A DNA stretch of 64,000 nucleotides from Candidatus Eiseniibacteriota bacterium (GTDB taxonomy: Bacteria; Eisenbacteria; RBG-16-71-46), in NCBI GenBank assembly GCA_963776245.1, contig CAVZLN010000006.1:640001-704000 (forward strand), in the 5' to 3' direction. The notes under the pieces were generated by a model. It did not search any database. It worked only from the letters and a program-made list of their open reading frames with translations, and was not told the origin of the DNA. A program made the translations under genes and the position numbers. Shown here one piece after another: positions 1-11,694 of the stretch (position 1 is its first letter; every line of letters begins with the position of its first letter).

Positions 1-1045
1 GGGCGGATGTACGCGCGCCACGAGCTGATCTCGAGCCTCGGCGGCGCGTTCGACCTCAACGGCGCCCAGCAGCGCCTCGCGACCGTGCTGGGCGTGGACG
101 CCGACGTGCGCAGCGACCAGCACGTGTTCGGCGAGTACCGCCTCGCCGACGTGCTGGCCGGGCGCGAGGCGCAGGCGGCGGTCGGGCTGCGCAACGGATG
201 GCAGGTCGACCCCGACGTGCGGCTGGGCACCTCGTTCGAGCGCGTGAGCCCGCTCGGCGAGGGACACCCCGCGTCCGGCGCGACCACCGCGGCCGCGCTG
301 GCGGTGGACTTCACCGGCGACGTCGGCTGGAAGGGGTCGTCGCGGATCGAGGTGCGCGCGAACCGTTCCGACACCCAGTTGCTGCAGACGCTCGCCGCCG
401 CGGTGGCGCTGGACAGCGCGTGGACCGGGCTGTTCCGCTACGCGCTGAGCGTGACCGAGGCGCATGCCGCCGACGCCGCCGGCGCGGCGCGCGCGCGCCT
501 GCAGGTGGGGCTCGCGTGGCGCCCGGGCGGCCGGTGGGAAGGGCTGGCGCGCTGGGAGGGCCGCTACGACCGCGGCGCCGCCGCGCTCGCGCCCACCGCG
601 ATGGAGACCGGCGACCCCGATCCACGCGGGCGGCGGATCGCGGGCATCGTCTCGCTGCACGCCGACGGCCCGATGGGTGATCACGACGTGATGTCGATCG
701 CGTGGGCCGGCAAGCTCACCCGCGAGGAGTCGTTCCTCGCCGCCTCGAACGGCGGCGGGCAGTGGCTGCGCGCGCGCGCCACGCGCGACCTGGCGGACGG
801 CTGGGACATCGGCTGGACCGCGAGCGCGCTCACCGGCAGCCGCTGGAGCCAGCGCCGCTGGGGCCTCGGCGCCGAACTGGGCCGCCAGTTGCCGATGGGG
901 CGTGTGGCTGACGCTCGGCTTCAACCAGTTCGGCTACCGCGACGACGAGCTGACCGAGGAGGAGTGGACGCGCGAGGGCGGCTACCTGCGCCTGCGCATG
1001 AAGCTCGACGAGAGCACGCTGCGGCGCGCGGGAGGCCGCCGATGA
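1..1045 (+). CDS. C-terminal part of a large outer-membrane beta-barrel protein of a DUF11/OmpA-type surface-protein cluster (5' truncated by window edge; frameshift at ~897-900)
   Basis: Amphipathic beta-strand pattern in the first ~300 aa of ORF 7..4425. Removing one G from the GGGG at 897-900 gives ...LPMGVWLTLGFNQFGYRDDELTEEEWTREGGYLRLRMKLDE...*, with TGA at 1043-1045 overlapping the next ATG (ATGA). Confidence 0.7.
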
Positions 1046-4000
1046 GGCGCGCGTGGGCGGCACGGCGGGCGGCGCTGCTGGTGGCCGCGATCGCGCTGTC
1101 GGCGGCGGCGGCGGCGCCGGCGCGGGCGCAGATCGTGCGGGCGTTCACGCCGCGCTTCACCACCAACGCGCCGGGCGACATCACGATGATCGGCAACACG
1201 CTGATGTCGTGCTCCAACGGCGGCACGTGCACCAACGGCCGCAACGGGACCGGCGGCAGCGTGAACGACAATGACTTCACCATGGTGTACGTGGACGTGG
1301 ACGGCGACGCGTCCACCTTCAGCTCCAGCACCGCCGACCTGGCGCTGCCCTCGGGCGCCACCGTGCTGTGGGCCGGGCTGTACTGGGGCGGCGATTCCAA
1401 CAACGCCAGCCGCGGCACCTGCCGTCTGGCCACCCCGGTCGCCGGCTACGCCACCATCACCGCCCTGCGGGTCGACAATTCCGGCAACGTGTATCAGGGG
1501 ATCGCGGACGTGACCACCCAGGTGCGCGCGGGCGGCAATGGCACCTACCGGGTCGCCAACGTGTACTCGACCCCGAACTCGACCAACCGCTTCGCCGGCT
1601 GGGGGCTGGTGGTGGTCTACCAGCTCACCTCGCAGCCGATGCGCAACCTGGTCGTGTTCGACGGCTTCGGTCAGGTGGTCAACGGTTCGCCCATCACCAT
1701 GACGGTGAATGGGTTCGTGACCCCGCCCGCCGGGCCGGTGCGGACCCGCCTCGGGGTGCTGGCGCATGAGGGCGACCTGGGGTTCACGGGCGACGCTTTC
1801 AACCTGAACGGCGTGGCGCTCTCGAACACCCGCAACCCGGCGACCAACTTCTTCAACAGCTCGATCAGCCGCTTCGACACCACGGTCACGGCCAAGAACC
1901 CGAACTACCTCAATCAGCTCGGCTTCGACATCGACATGGTGAACGCCGACGGCCGGCTGGCGAACAACGCCACCAGCGCCACCATCCAGCTCACCTCGAA
2001 CGGCGATACCTACTTCCCGGGCGTGGTGTCGTTCGCCACCGACCTGTACGCCCCGGTCATCGACGGGGACAGCTTCCAGAAGCGCGTGGTGGACTCGAAC
2101 GGCGGCTCGGTGCGGCCGGGGGACGTGCTCGAGTACACGCTGGTGATGCGCAACGTCGGGCAGGACAACGCCACCCAGACGGTGATGCGCGACACCCTCC
2201 CGGCCAGCGTCAGCTATGTCTCGGGATCGCTCAGCGTGGTGAGCGGCGCCAACGCCGGCGCGAAGACCGACGCCGCGGGCGACGACCAGATGGAGTACCT
2301 CGCCGCCGCGCGCGCGGTGGTGGCCCGCGTGGGCACCGGCGCCAACGCCGCCACCGGCGGGCAGATCAACGTGAACGACTCCACCGTGGTGCGCTTCCGC
2401 GTGACGGTGAACGTGCCCACCCCGAGCGGCACGGTGGTGGGCAACCAGGCGGGGATCGCGTACGTGGGCGCTCAGACCGGCGCCACGCTGCTCGGGCGCA
2501 GCGACGGCGACCTCGCGACCGGCGGCGCGCAGCCCACCAACGTGACGGTGGTGGCGGCGAAGCTGTCGGGCACCGTGTTCGAGGACGCGAACTATGGCGG
2601 CGGCGCGGGGCGCTCGCTGCTCGCCAGCGGTGGCGCCGGGCGGCCGGGGGCGCGGGTCGAACTGTATGGAAGCAGTGGAGCGTATCTCGACGCCGATACC
2701 ACCGGGGCCACCGGGGCCTACGCCTTCGACGGCTGGCCCGCGGGGTCGTACACCGTGCGCGTGGTCGGCGCGTCGGTGACCTCTTCTCGCAGCGGGGCGG
2801 CGGCGGGCCAGCTGCCGGTCCAGACCTTCCGCACCGTGGGTTCCTCGGGGACCGCGGTCGCGGACCCGGACCGGGTCGGCGGCGAGACCCCCGCGCTCGC
2901 CGATGCCGCGGCCAACACCAGCGCCGCCACGCTCGCCTCGCTCACCACCGGCGCGGCCACTCCGCAGTCGGTCACGCCGGTGGTGCTCGGCACCGCCGAC
3001 GTGGCGGGGCTCGACTTCGGATTCAACTTCGACACCATCGTGAACGCGAACGACAGCGGCCAGGGATCGCTGCGCCAGTTCATCGTCCACGCCGACGCGC
3101 TGGGCAACGCCGGGCTCGCGCAGGCCGGGCTGCCCGCAGGCCTCGAGACCAGCGTGTTCATGGTGAGCGACGGCCTCGCGCATCCCGGCCTGCGCGCGGG
3201 CCTCGCCAATCTGCTCACCGCGGGCGTGGTGCGCGTCACGCTCGCGAGCGCGCTGCCCGCGCTGAGCGACGCGGGCACCCGCATGGACGGCAGCACCCAG
3301 TCGCGGAACGTGGGCGACACCGCCGCAGGACTGCTCGGCACCGGCGGCGTGGTGGGCGCCGAGGACCTGCCGCTGCCTCAGTTGCCCGCACCCGAGGTCG
3401 AGGTGCGCGACGGCGCGGGCCTGGCGATCGGCTTCGACGTGACCGGCGCCAACGTGACGCTGAGGGCACTCGCCATCACCGGCTTCGGCAACGCCGCGGG
3501 GAGCGACTCGCACGCCGACGTGCGGATCGGCGCCGCGGCGAGCGGGGCGCGGCTGGAGCGCTGTGCCATCGGCACCACCGCGACCAGCTTCACCGACCCG
3601 GGCGCGCTGCGCTCGGGCGGCGACCACGTGCGCGCGCTGGGGGGCGACAACGGGGTCATCGACTCGTGCCTGATCGCGTTCGGCGCCGGCAACGGGCTCG
3701 CGCTCACCGCCGGCTCCAATGGCTGGAACGTGACCGCCACCGAGTTCCGCCAGAACGCCCAGTCCGCCAGCGCGCGCGCCGGTGTGAGCGTGGAATCCAG
3801 CGGCGCGCTGAGGCTGGCGCGGTCGCTCGTGATCGAGCATCCGGGCCCCGGCGTGGACGCCGCCGCGAGCGCGGGCGGCGACCGCTTCGACTCGCTGACG
3901 GTGCGCAGGAGCGGTCTCGCCTCGGTGGCGGGCGTGCCGAACGCCGGCCTGCGGATCGGCGGCGCGGGCAGCCGCGTGGACCGCTGCGCGCTCGCCGACA

Positions 4001-5981
4001 ACGTGGGCGCTGGCGTGATGGTGACGCGCGACCGCGAGCGGGGCCGTGATCACGCGCAACCGCGTCGCGGACAATGGCACGGTGGCGGGCGTGAGCGGGA
4101 TCACCGGCCAGATCGGGATCGACCTGCTGGCCGCCGGCGACGACGCCGCGCGCGGCAGCGCGCCGTACGTCACGCTCAACGATCCCGGCGACGGCGACGC
4201 CGGCGGCAATGGACTGCTGAACTTCCCGGTGCTGGAGAGCGCGGTGCTCTCGAACGGCCAGTTCACGCCTCCAGGGCTGGGCGCGTCCGGGCGCGACCAT
4301 CGAGCTGTTCGTGGCCGCGCTCGATCCGAGCGGTTTCGGCGAGGGCCGCGCGTGGGCCGCCACGTTCGTGGAGGGCTCGGTCGCCGATCTCGACGCCGCG
4401 ACCAGCGCCTACTCCGGCCTCGTGAACGGGCTGGCGCAGGGCGCGGACAACACGCGGCGCTTCCGGTTCACGGGGGCGGCGCCGCCCGGCGTGGCCGCGG
4501 GCGTGGCGCTGACCGCGACCGCCACGCTCGCCGGCTCCGGGACCTCGGAGTTCTCGGGCCGCGTGCTGGTGACCGCCGGCGTGGCGGTGCGGGGCGCCGC
4601 GTACGACGACCGCGACCACAATGCGCAGCAGGACGCCGGGGAGAGCGGCACCGGGGCCGCGCTGTGGGCCAAGCTGGTCCCGGCCGGAGGGCTCGGCGCC
4701 CAGCAGGTGGCGACCGTGGATCCCGCCACCGGGGCGTACGCGTTCACGTTCGTGAACGCCGCGACGTACGACGTGGTGCTCGACGACAACCCCGACCCGG
4801 ACGACCTGACCGCCGGGCGCCCCGCCGGCTGGATCGGCACCGAGACCGAGAGCGGCGTGCTCGCCGGGGTGATCGTGGCCGCCACCGACCGGAGTGGTCT
4901 GGACTTCGGTCTGTGGCACGGCAGCCGCGTGGACGGCACCGTGTTCCGCGATGACGGCGCCGGCGGCGCGCTCGCCAACGACGGCGTGCGACAGGGCGCC
5001 GAGGGCGCGGTGGCCGCGGCGCGCGTCCGGCTGCTGGGAGCCGGCTGCGCGGGCGGGACGTGCGACAGCGCGACCACCAGCGCGACCGGGGCCTTCCGCC
5101 TGTGGCTCCCGGCGGCCGCCGCCGGCGCGGGCATGCGCGTGGCCGAAGTGGACCCGAGCGGATGGCTCTCGACCGGCGGGCAGCCGGGCACCACCGCGGG
5201 CGCCTACGCGCGCGCCACCGACGACGTGACGTTCGACGCGGCGGCGGGCGTGGTGTACGACGGCGTGGCGTTCGGGGACGTGCCGCTCAACACCTGGACG
5301 CCGCCGCTCACGCGCGCCGTCGCGGCGGGCGGGGTCGCGGCCTACGCGCATCGGTTCACCGCCGGCAGCGCGGGCACGGTGAGCTTCGGCATCGCCGAGA
5401 CCCCGGTGCCCGCGCTCCCGGGCTGGAGCGTGACGCTCTACCGCGACCTCGACTGCAATGGGGTGCTCGACAGCGGAGAGCCGGTGCTCCCGGCCACCGT
5501 CGCGCTCGCGGCCGGGCAGTCGCTGTGCGTGATCGCGCGCCACGCCACGCCCGCGGGAGCTCCGAACGGCGCCGCCGAGACCGCGACGCTCACCGCCGCG
5601 TACGCCTACGTCAACGCCGCGCCCGCGCTCGGGTCCGGCAACGCGCTGTCCGACCTGACCACCATCGCGCTCGGCAACGGTCTGGTGCTGGCGAAGAGCG
5701 TGGACGCGGTCAACGTCGCGCCGGGCGGCACCCTGACCTACACCATCACGTACACCAATCCCGGCGGGCAGCCGCTCTCGGGCATCGTGATCCGCGACGC
5801 CACGCCACCGTGGACGGTGTTCGACTCGGCGGGCTGCGCGGCCCTCGGCGCGGGCCTCACCGGGTGCGCGCTCAGCCAGCAGCCCGCCGCCGGCGCGACC
5901 GGCGACGTGGCCTGGACGCTCGCCGGCACGCTGGCCCCCGGCGGCAGCGGCAGCGTCACCTTCAGCGTGCGCGTGCCCTAG
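1042..5981 (+). CDS. Large secreted DUF11-repeat / SdrD-B-like / parallel beta-helix surface protein (frameshifts at ~4030 and ~4267)
   Basis: GGAGG RBS and signal peptide MRRAWAARRAALL...ARA. N-terminal 'YVDVDGDASTFSSSTADL...WAGLYWGG' domain. DUF11-like 'K...PGDVLEYTL...DTLP' and 'KSVD...PGGTLTYTITYTN...IRDATP' segments, and SdrD-B-like 'SGTVFED' units. Reconstructed from ORFs 7..4425, 4046.. and 4311..5981. Confidence 0.8.
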
Positions 5982-5997
5982 CGGCGCCGCGCGCTCC

Positions 5998-6846
5998 TCA
6001 CCCGAGCGATATCAGCGTCCCGGCGGACAGCGCCACGCCCAGACCCCACGCCTGGGCCGCGGTCCAGCGTTCGCCCTGGAACAGGCGCGCGAGCACCACG
6101 GTGGTGGCGGGCGCGAGCGACACCAGCGCCGCGACCAGCGCGAGGTTCCCGCCCTGCACCGCGAACCAGAACGCCACGTTGGCGGTGGAGTCGAGCGCGC
6201 CGGCCGCGAGGGCCGGGCCGCGAGCAGCAGCGGCCGGCAGCAGCGGGCGCCGCTGCGCCAGCACCAGCACCGCGAGGATCGCCACCGAGACGCTGCGCGC
6301 GAGCACCAGCGGCCCCATGCCGGCGTGGGTGCCGACCCGCGCCACGCACACCAGGAACGCGCCGGCGACCAGCCCCGCGGCGGTCGCGACCACCATGGTG
6401 CGTCGCACGTGCGCCCGCGACGGCGCCGCGGCGTGCGTGCCGGTCTGCGCCAGCAGCGGGATCGCGAGCACCGCGAGCGCCACGCCGGTCCACGCCCGCG
6501 GCGTCGGACGTTCGCCGAGCGCCACCCCCACCAGCACCGGCAGCACCAGCGCGATGATGCACACCAGCGGCGAGGCGAGACTCACCGGCCCGAGTGCGAG
6601 CGCCCAGTAGATGAGCGTGGCCCCGGCGGCCCCGCAGGCGCCCGCCGCCGCGCCCCACGCGAGGTCGGCGGGGGTCGGCGTGCCGCGCGTGAGCGCCAGC
6701 CCGAGGACCAGCACCGCGAGTGCCCCGAGCCCGGAGAAGCACGTGATCACGATCGCCGGCGCGCGGCGCGCGGCCACCCCGCCCGCGAAGTCGCCGCTGC
6801 CGTAGCAGAGCGAGGCCAGCGCGCCCAGCAGCAGGGCGAGCGTCAC
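5998..6846 (-). CDS. EamA/DMT family transporter
   Basis: About 10 hydrophobic helices, 'YGSGDFAGG' N-terminal motif and 'LARLFQGER' C-terminal motif. GTG start overlaps the upstream stop (GTGA). Confidence 0.85.
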   Translation of the reverse strand: MTLALLLGALASLCYGSGDFAGGVAARRAPAIVITCFSGLGALAVLVLGLALTRGTPTPADLAWGAAAGACGAAGATLIYWALALGPVSLASPLVCIIALVLPVLVGVALGERPTPRAWTGVALAVLAIPLLAQTGTHAAAPSRAHVRRTMVVATAAGLVAGAFLVCVARVGTHAGMGPLVLARSVSVAILAVLVLAQRRPLLPAAAARGPALAAGALDSTANVAFWFAVQGGNLALVAALVSLAPATTVVLARLFQGERWTAAQAWGLGVALSAGTLISLG

Positions 6847-8336
6847 CGGCCGCGTTCCTTCACGCGCGCCGCCACCGATCCTCGACCGCGGACCGCCGCC
6901 CCGGCGCGCTCCAGCGCGATCAGGTGCGCCAGCAGCGAGCGCTCGGCGTAGCCCCACAGCGCGCGCGGCGTGTCGGTGTAGGCGCGTTCCACCAGTTCGC
7001 CGAGCGTGCGCGGCTCCTCCCCGAGCGCCGCGACCACCTTGGCCTCGCGCCCGCGCCGGTGCTCCAGCAGCGCGGCGATGCGCCGGTAGGGCGCGCCCTG
7101 CGGGGACCCGTGGCCCGGGAACAGGCACGCCAGGTCGAGGCGCGCGAGGCGCTCGAGCGAGGCGATGTACTCGGCCATGTCCCCCTCGGGCGGATCGATG
7201 ATCACGGTGCCCGCGCCGCCCGGCACGTGGTCGCCGGTCAGCAGCGAGCGCGTGCGCTCGTGCAGGAAGCACAGGTGGCCGGGCGCGTGGCCGGGGGTGT
7301 GCACCGCGCGCAGCGTCCAGTCGCCGGCCTTGCCGGGAGCGAGCGGCACGCGGTCGCCGTCCGCGAGCGGGACGTCCACCTTCACGTGACGGCCGGTCTC
7401 GGCGTGCGCGCTCACCGGGATGCCGTAGCGCGCGCGCACCGCCTCGACCCCGGCGACGTGGTCGGGGTGATGGTGCGTGAGCAGGATCCGCCCGGGCCGG
7501 CGGCCGTCGTCGGCGAGGTGGTCCACCAGCGCGAACAGCTCCTCGAGCTCGCCCGGGTCGTCGCTGCCCGGGTCCACGATCGCCATGTCCGCCTCGCCCA
7601 CCAGGTAGGCGTTGGTGTGGGTGGCGGGCGGCAGCGGGCGCGTCTTCATCGGGTGGAGCACGATGCCCCACTTCAGCTCGATGCGCCGCACCGGGGAGCG
7701 CGCGCGCGCGGGCGCCTCCGCCAGGCGCTCGGGCAGGCGTTCCTCGCCCTCGGCGAGTGCCTGCAGCACGTAGAGCATGGGCGCCGCGAACGCGCACGCG
7801 CCGTCGGTCCAGCGCTGGAGCGCGTCGAGCGGGCGGATCCACTCCCCCGACTCCAGCTCGCCCGGGCGCACGTGCGGTTGCTGGGCGTCCTCGAGACGCG
7901 CGAGCCAGAAGATGGTGTCGAAGCGCACCGCGGCGAACGGCGGGGTCTGCCAGCGCCCGGCGAAGGGCAGGCGGTCGGCGCGGAAGTTCCAGCCGCGCTC
8001 GCGCGCGAGGTCCACGAAGCGCACCCCGCCCGCGAGCACGCGGTCGCGGTCCGACGCCAGCGCCGCCGGCTCGGGCGCCGGGCCGTCGAGCCCGACCAGC
8101 ACGCCCATCTCCTCGAACGCCTCGCGGATCGCGCACGCGCGCAGCACGCGCTCGTCCCCGGGGGCGGCACCCGCGATCGGCAGCTCCGCGTCCTCGGCGT
8201 CCGCCTTGCCGCCGGGGAACGCATGGAAGCCCGGCATGACGTTCACGGCGTCGCTGCGCCGGACCCAGAACACCTCGAGCCGCTCGCCGTGGCCGCGCAC
8301 CAGCACCACGGTGGCGGCCTCGCGGAACTTCGCCAT
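6843..8336 (-). CDS. NUDIX hydrolase (NUDT19-like) fused to a metallo-beta-lactamase-fold hydrolase (LACTB2-like)
   Basis: Split NUDIX box 'FPGGK...AIREAFEEMG' and 'RFDTIFW'. MBL motifs 'THHHPDH', 'HTPGH', 'TGDH' and 'PGHG', then a C-terminal winged-helix-like tail. Start MAKFREAATVVL. Confidence 0.85.
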   Translation of the reverse strand: MAKFREAATVVLVRGHGERLEVFWVRRSDAVNVMPGFHAFPGGKADAEDAELPIAGAAPGDERVLRACAIREAFEEMGVLVGLDGPAPEPAALASDRDRVLAGGVRFVDLARERGWNFRADRLPFAGRWQTPPFAAVRFDTIFWLARLEDAQQPHVRPGELESGEWIRPLDALQRWTDGACAFAAPMLYVLQALAEGEERLPERLAEAPARARSPVRRIELKWGIVLHPMKTRPLPPATHTNAYLVGEADMAIVDPGSDDPGELEELFALVDHLADDGRRPGRILLTHHHPDHVAGVEAVRARYGIPVSAHAETGRHVKVDVPLADGDRVPLAPGKAGDWTLRAVHTPGHAPGHLCFLHERTRSLLTGDHVPGGAGTVIIDPPEGDMAEYIASLERLARLDLACLFPGHGSPQGAPYRRIAALLEHRRGREAKVVAALGEEPRTLGELVERAYTDTPRALWGYAERSLLAHLIALERAGAAVRGRGSVAARVKERGR

Positions 8337-8365
8337 CGGCAGCGCCCCGGGCACGCGCCCTTCGC

Positions 8366-9723
8366 TCACGCCGGCCGGGCGACGACGCGCTCGACGGCGC
8401 GTTCGAACAGCCCGAGCGCCTCGTCGATCTCGGCCACGGTGATGTCGAGCGGCGGGCGGAAGCGCACGCTGCGCGTGCCGCACGCCAGCAGCATCATGCC
8501 GAGCTCGTACACCACGTCGGTGACCTGGTCGCGGACGGCCCCGTCGGGCAGGTCGATGGCGCACATCAGCCCGCGGCCGCGGGCGTTCGACAGCGTCTCC
8601 GGCCGCGCCGCCTGCAGCTTCCCGAGCCCGCGCAGCAGGTGCGCGCCCACGGTCGCGGCGTTCTCGATCAGGCGCTCCTCCTCGATGATCTCGAGGTAGC
8701 GCCGGCTGCGCACCATGTCCACCAGGCTGCCGCCCCAGGTGGAGTTGAGCCGGCTCGACACCTGGAACACGTTGTCCGGCTCCTCGTCGAGCATCGGCCC
8801 GCCGAGGAAGCCGCACACCTGCATCTTCTTGCCGAACGCCATCAGGTCGGGCTGCACGTCGAGGTGCTGGTGCGCCCAGAAGCGCCCGGTCAGGCCCACG
8901 CCGGTCTGCACCTCGTCGAACGACCAGCAGCGCGCGGTTCTCGTGCGCCAGGTCGCGCAGCGCGCGGAGGAACTCGGGGCGGAAGTGGTTGTCGCCGCCC
9001 TCGGCCTGGATGGGCTCGATGAGGACGCAGGCGATGTCGTCCTTGCGCTCGGCGAACGCCTGCTTCGCCTGCGCCAGGCTCGCCTCCTCGGCCTGCTGGA
9101 CGCGCGCCAGTTCGGCGGCGTCCACCGGGAAGCGCAGCTTCGGGGTGTCCACGCGCGGCCAGTCGAAGCGCGGGAAGTACTGGTACTTCTTCGGGTCGGC
9201 GGTGTTGGTGAGCGAGAGCGTGTAGCCCGAGCGGCCGTGGAACGCCTCGCGGAAGTGGAGCACCTGGTGCCCCTTCTCCGCGGTGTACCCGGCGCGGAAG
9301 TTCTGGCGCACCTTCCAGTCGAACGCGGCCTTGAGCGCGTTCTCCACGCCCAGCGTGCCGCCCGAGATGAGGAACAGGTGCGGCAGGTAGCCCGGGATGC
9401 CCACCCGGCCGAACACGTCCACGAACTCGGCCATCTCGACCGAGTAGATGTCGGAGTTCGACGGGTTCACCAGCGCGGCGCGCTGCAGCGCCGCGAGGAA
9501 GTCGGGGTCCTTCATCTTCGGCGTGGTTGAGCCCCAGCGGCAGCGTGGCGAAGAACGAGAAGGTGTCGAGCAGCCAGCGCCGGTTGCGCGAGTCCCACAG
9601 GCGGCGGCCATGGCTCTTGTCGAGGTCGAGCACGATGTCGTAGCCGTCCACCAGCATGTGGCGGCCGAGCGTGGCGTGCACCTCGCCGGGAGCCAGGTGC
9701 GGCGCGCGTATCGTCGGATTCAC
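8366..9723 (-). CDS. lat: L-lysine 6-transaminase (class III PLP aminotransferase; frameshifts at ~8922 and ~9525)
   Basis: 'HMLVDGYDIVLDL', 'NPSNSDIYS', 'VENALKAAFDWK', 'AFHGRSGYTLSLTNT', 'EPIQAEGGDNHF', 'DEVQTG', 'FGKKMQVCG' and 'SRLNSTWGG' match the lysine epsilon-aminotransferase family. Confidence 0.9.
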
Positions 9724-10217
9724 GGGGCGTCTCCTTTCACTGCCGTCGGCACGAAGCTCTCTTCCTTGGCGGTGGAGAGCACCATGATGGTGCGCGTCTG
9801 GCGCACGCCGTCCATACCGTTCAACTGGTGCAGCAGCAGGTCGCGCAGCGCGTCCATGTCGCGCACGCGCACCTTGAGCAGGAGCGAGAACTCGCCGGTG
9901 ATGTGGTGGCACTCCTGGACCTCGTCGAGCGCCAGCACGCGCTCGATGAACGCCGCCTCGTACCGCGGCTGCTCGATGAACACCTCCACGAACGCCGCCA
10001 CCGTCGCCCCCACCGCCCGCGGATCCACGATCGCCGACCAGCGGCGGATGAACCCCGCGTTCTCGAGCTTGCGCAGGCGCTCGTTGACCGCCGCGGTCGA
10101 GAGCCCGACCTGGCTGGCGATCTCGGCCTGGGCGGCCTTGGCGTCGCGCTGGACCAGCTCGAGGATGCGGCGGTCCTTGGAATCGAGCGTCTGGGATGTA
10201 TTCACTCGGATCGACAT
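9720..10217 (-). CDS. Lrp/AsnC family transcriptional regulator
   Basis: 'LDSKDRRILELVQRDA...IASQVGLS...RLRKLE..G.I' HTH and 'ECHHITGEFSLLLKV' RAM domain. The start could alternatively be GTG at 10205. Confidence 0.92.
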   Translation of the reverse strand: MSIRVNTSQTLDSKDRRILELVQRDAKAAQAEIASQVGLSTAAVNERLRKLENAGFIRRWSAIVDPRAVGATVAAFVEVFIEQPRYEAAFIERVLALDEVQECHHITGEFSLLLKVRVRDMDALRDLLLHQLNGMDGVRQTRTIMVLSTAKEESFVPTAVKGDAP

Positions 10218-10320
10218 GACACGATAATACATTCGGACAATACGCCGCACAACGTGAATCTGTTCGGCGGATGCTGGTTTCGGCCGGTTCCACGGTCTCC
10301 GTGCTAGAGTGCCCGCCGGC

Positions 10321-10935
10321 ATGCTCTTCGCGATCGACCTGGAAGGCGTCCTGGCGCCCGAGATCTGGCCCGTGCTGGGGTCCCGGTTCGGGCTGCCCGA
10401 GCTCTCGCTCACGACCCGCGAGAGCGGGGACTTCGCCCGGCTCATGGACACCCGCATCCGCGCCATCCGGTCGCGCGGGCTCACGCTCGCCGAGCTGCAG
10501 GCGGTCGCGCACGCGATCGAGCCCGATCCCGGGGCGCGCGACTTCCTCACCCGCCTGCGCGGCCTCGGGCAGGTCATCCTCATCTCCGACACTTTCCACG
10601 AACTGGCGGAGCCGCTGGTGGGGAAGCTCGGCGGGCACAGCCTGTTCGCGAACCGCTTCGAGCTCGACCCGGACGGCACGCTGCGCGGCTTCCGGCTGCG
10701 CATCCGGGGCCAGAAGGAGCGCATCGTGTCGGGGTTCCGGAGCGCGGGCTTCAAGGTGGGGGCGCTGGGCGACAGCCTCAACGACCTGTCCATCCTCGGC
10801 TCATGCGACTTCCCGGTGCTCTACCGCCCGGTGCGGGCGCTGCTCGACGCGTTCCCGGGCGCGCCGGTGGCGCACCGACTCGACGAGGCGCTGGCGCACT
10901 TCGAGGCGGCGCGTCGCACGCTCGACGGCGCGTAG
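10321..10935 (+). CDS. thrH: Bifunctional phosphoserine phosphatase / homoserine phosphotransferase
   Basis: 'DLEGVLAPEIW', 'TTR', 'ISDTF' and 'GDSLND' are ThrH-type HAD motifs. Confidence 0.85.
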   Translation: MLFAIDLEGVLAPEIWPVLGSRFGLPELSLTTRESGDFARLMDTRIRAIRSRGLTLAELQAVAHAIEPDPGARDFLTRLRGLGQVILISDTFHELAEPLVGKLGGHSLFANRFELDPDGTLRGFRLRIRGQKERIVSGFRSAGFKVGALGDSLNDLSILGSCDFPVLYRPVRALLDAFPGAPVAHRLDEALAHFEAARRTLDGA

Positions 10936-10945
10936 CCGGACCGGC

Positions 10946-11694
10946 TCAGCCCAGCAGTTCCTTCAACCGCGCGTAGCCGGCGCGACTCACCGGCAGCTCG
11001 CGCCCCTGCTGGAGCACCGCCACGCGGCTGTCCTTGGCGTAGAGCTCGAGGCGCGCCAGGCGCTCGAGGTTCAGCACGTACGAGCGGTGGATGCGCACGA
11101 AGCGCGCCGGATCGAGCCCGCGCTCGAGCGCGGCGAGCGTCTGGGGCTTGAGCGTGACCTTGCCCTCCGCGTGGATCGCCACGTAGTCGTCCTGCGCCTC
11201 GAAGTAGTCCACGCGGTCGACCGGGATGACGTGCACCTTCGATCCGTCGCGCACCAGCACGCGCTCGAGGAAGCGGCCGGGCGGGCGGGCGTCGGCCACC
11301 AGCGCCGCCACCGGCATCGCGGCATGCTGGGCGGCGCGCGCCCGCGCCAGCACCAGCGCCTCGGCGAGCCGCTCGCGGGCGAACGGCTTGAGCAGATAGT
11401 CCACCGCGTGGACCTCGAACGCGCGCAGCGCGTACTGATCGTAGGCGGTCACGAAGATCACCTGCGGCCCCTCGCCCACCAGTTCGAGCACGTCGAAGCC
11501 GTCGAGCTTCGGCATCTGGATGTCGAGGAACAGCAGGTCGGGCGCCAGCTCGGTGACGGCCTTCACCGCCTCGAAGCCGTTCGCGCACTCGCCCACCACC
11601 TCGACGTCCGGGTGCGCGGCCAGGTACTCGCGCAGCAGCGCCCGGGCCGGCGCTTCGTCGTCCACCACCAGCACGCGCAGCGGGCGGCGTTCAT
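10946..11694 (-). CDS. LytTR-family response regulator (probable frameshift in the first codons, ~11683)
   Basis: Receiver motifs 'VVDDE', 'FLDIQMP', 'FVTAYD', 'DYLLKP'; LytTR motif 'FVRIHRSY...VSR'. ATG at 11694 overlaps the kinase stop. Confidence 0.92.

Noticed and set aside
6843..9611. 922-aa aminotransferase-NUDIX-MBL triple fusion
   Set aside because: Artefact of the frameshift at ~8922; lat ends at 8366 in another frame and the NUDIX-MBL gene starts at 8336.
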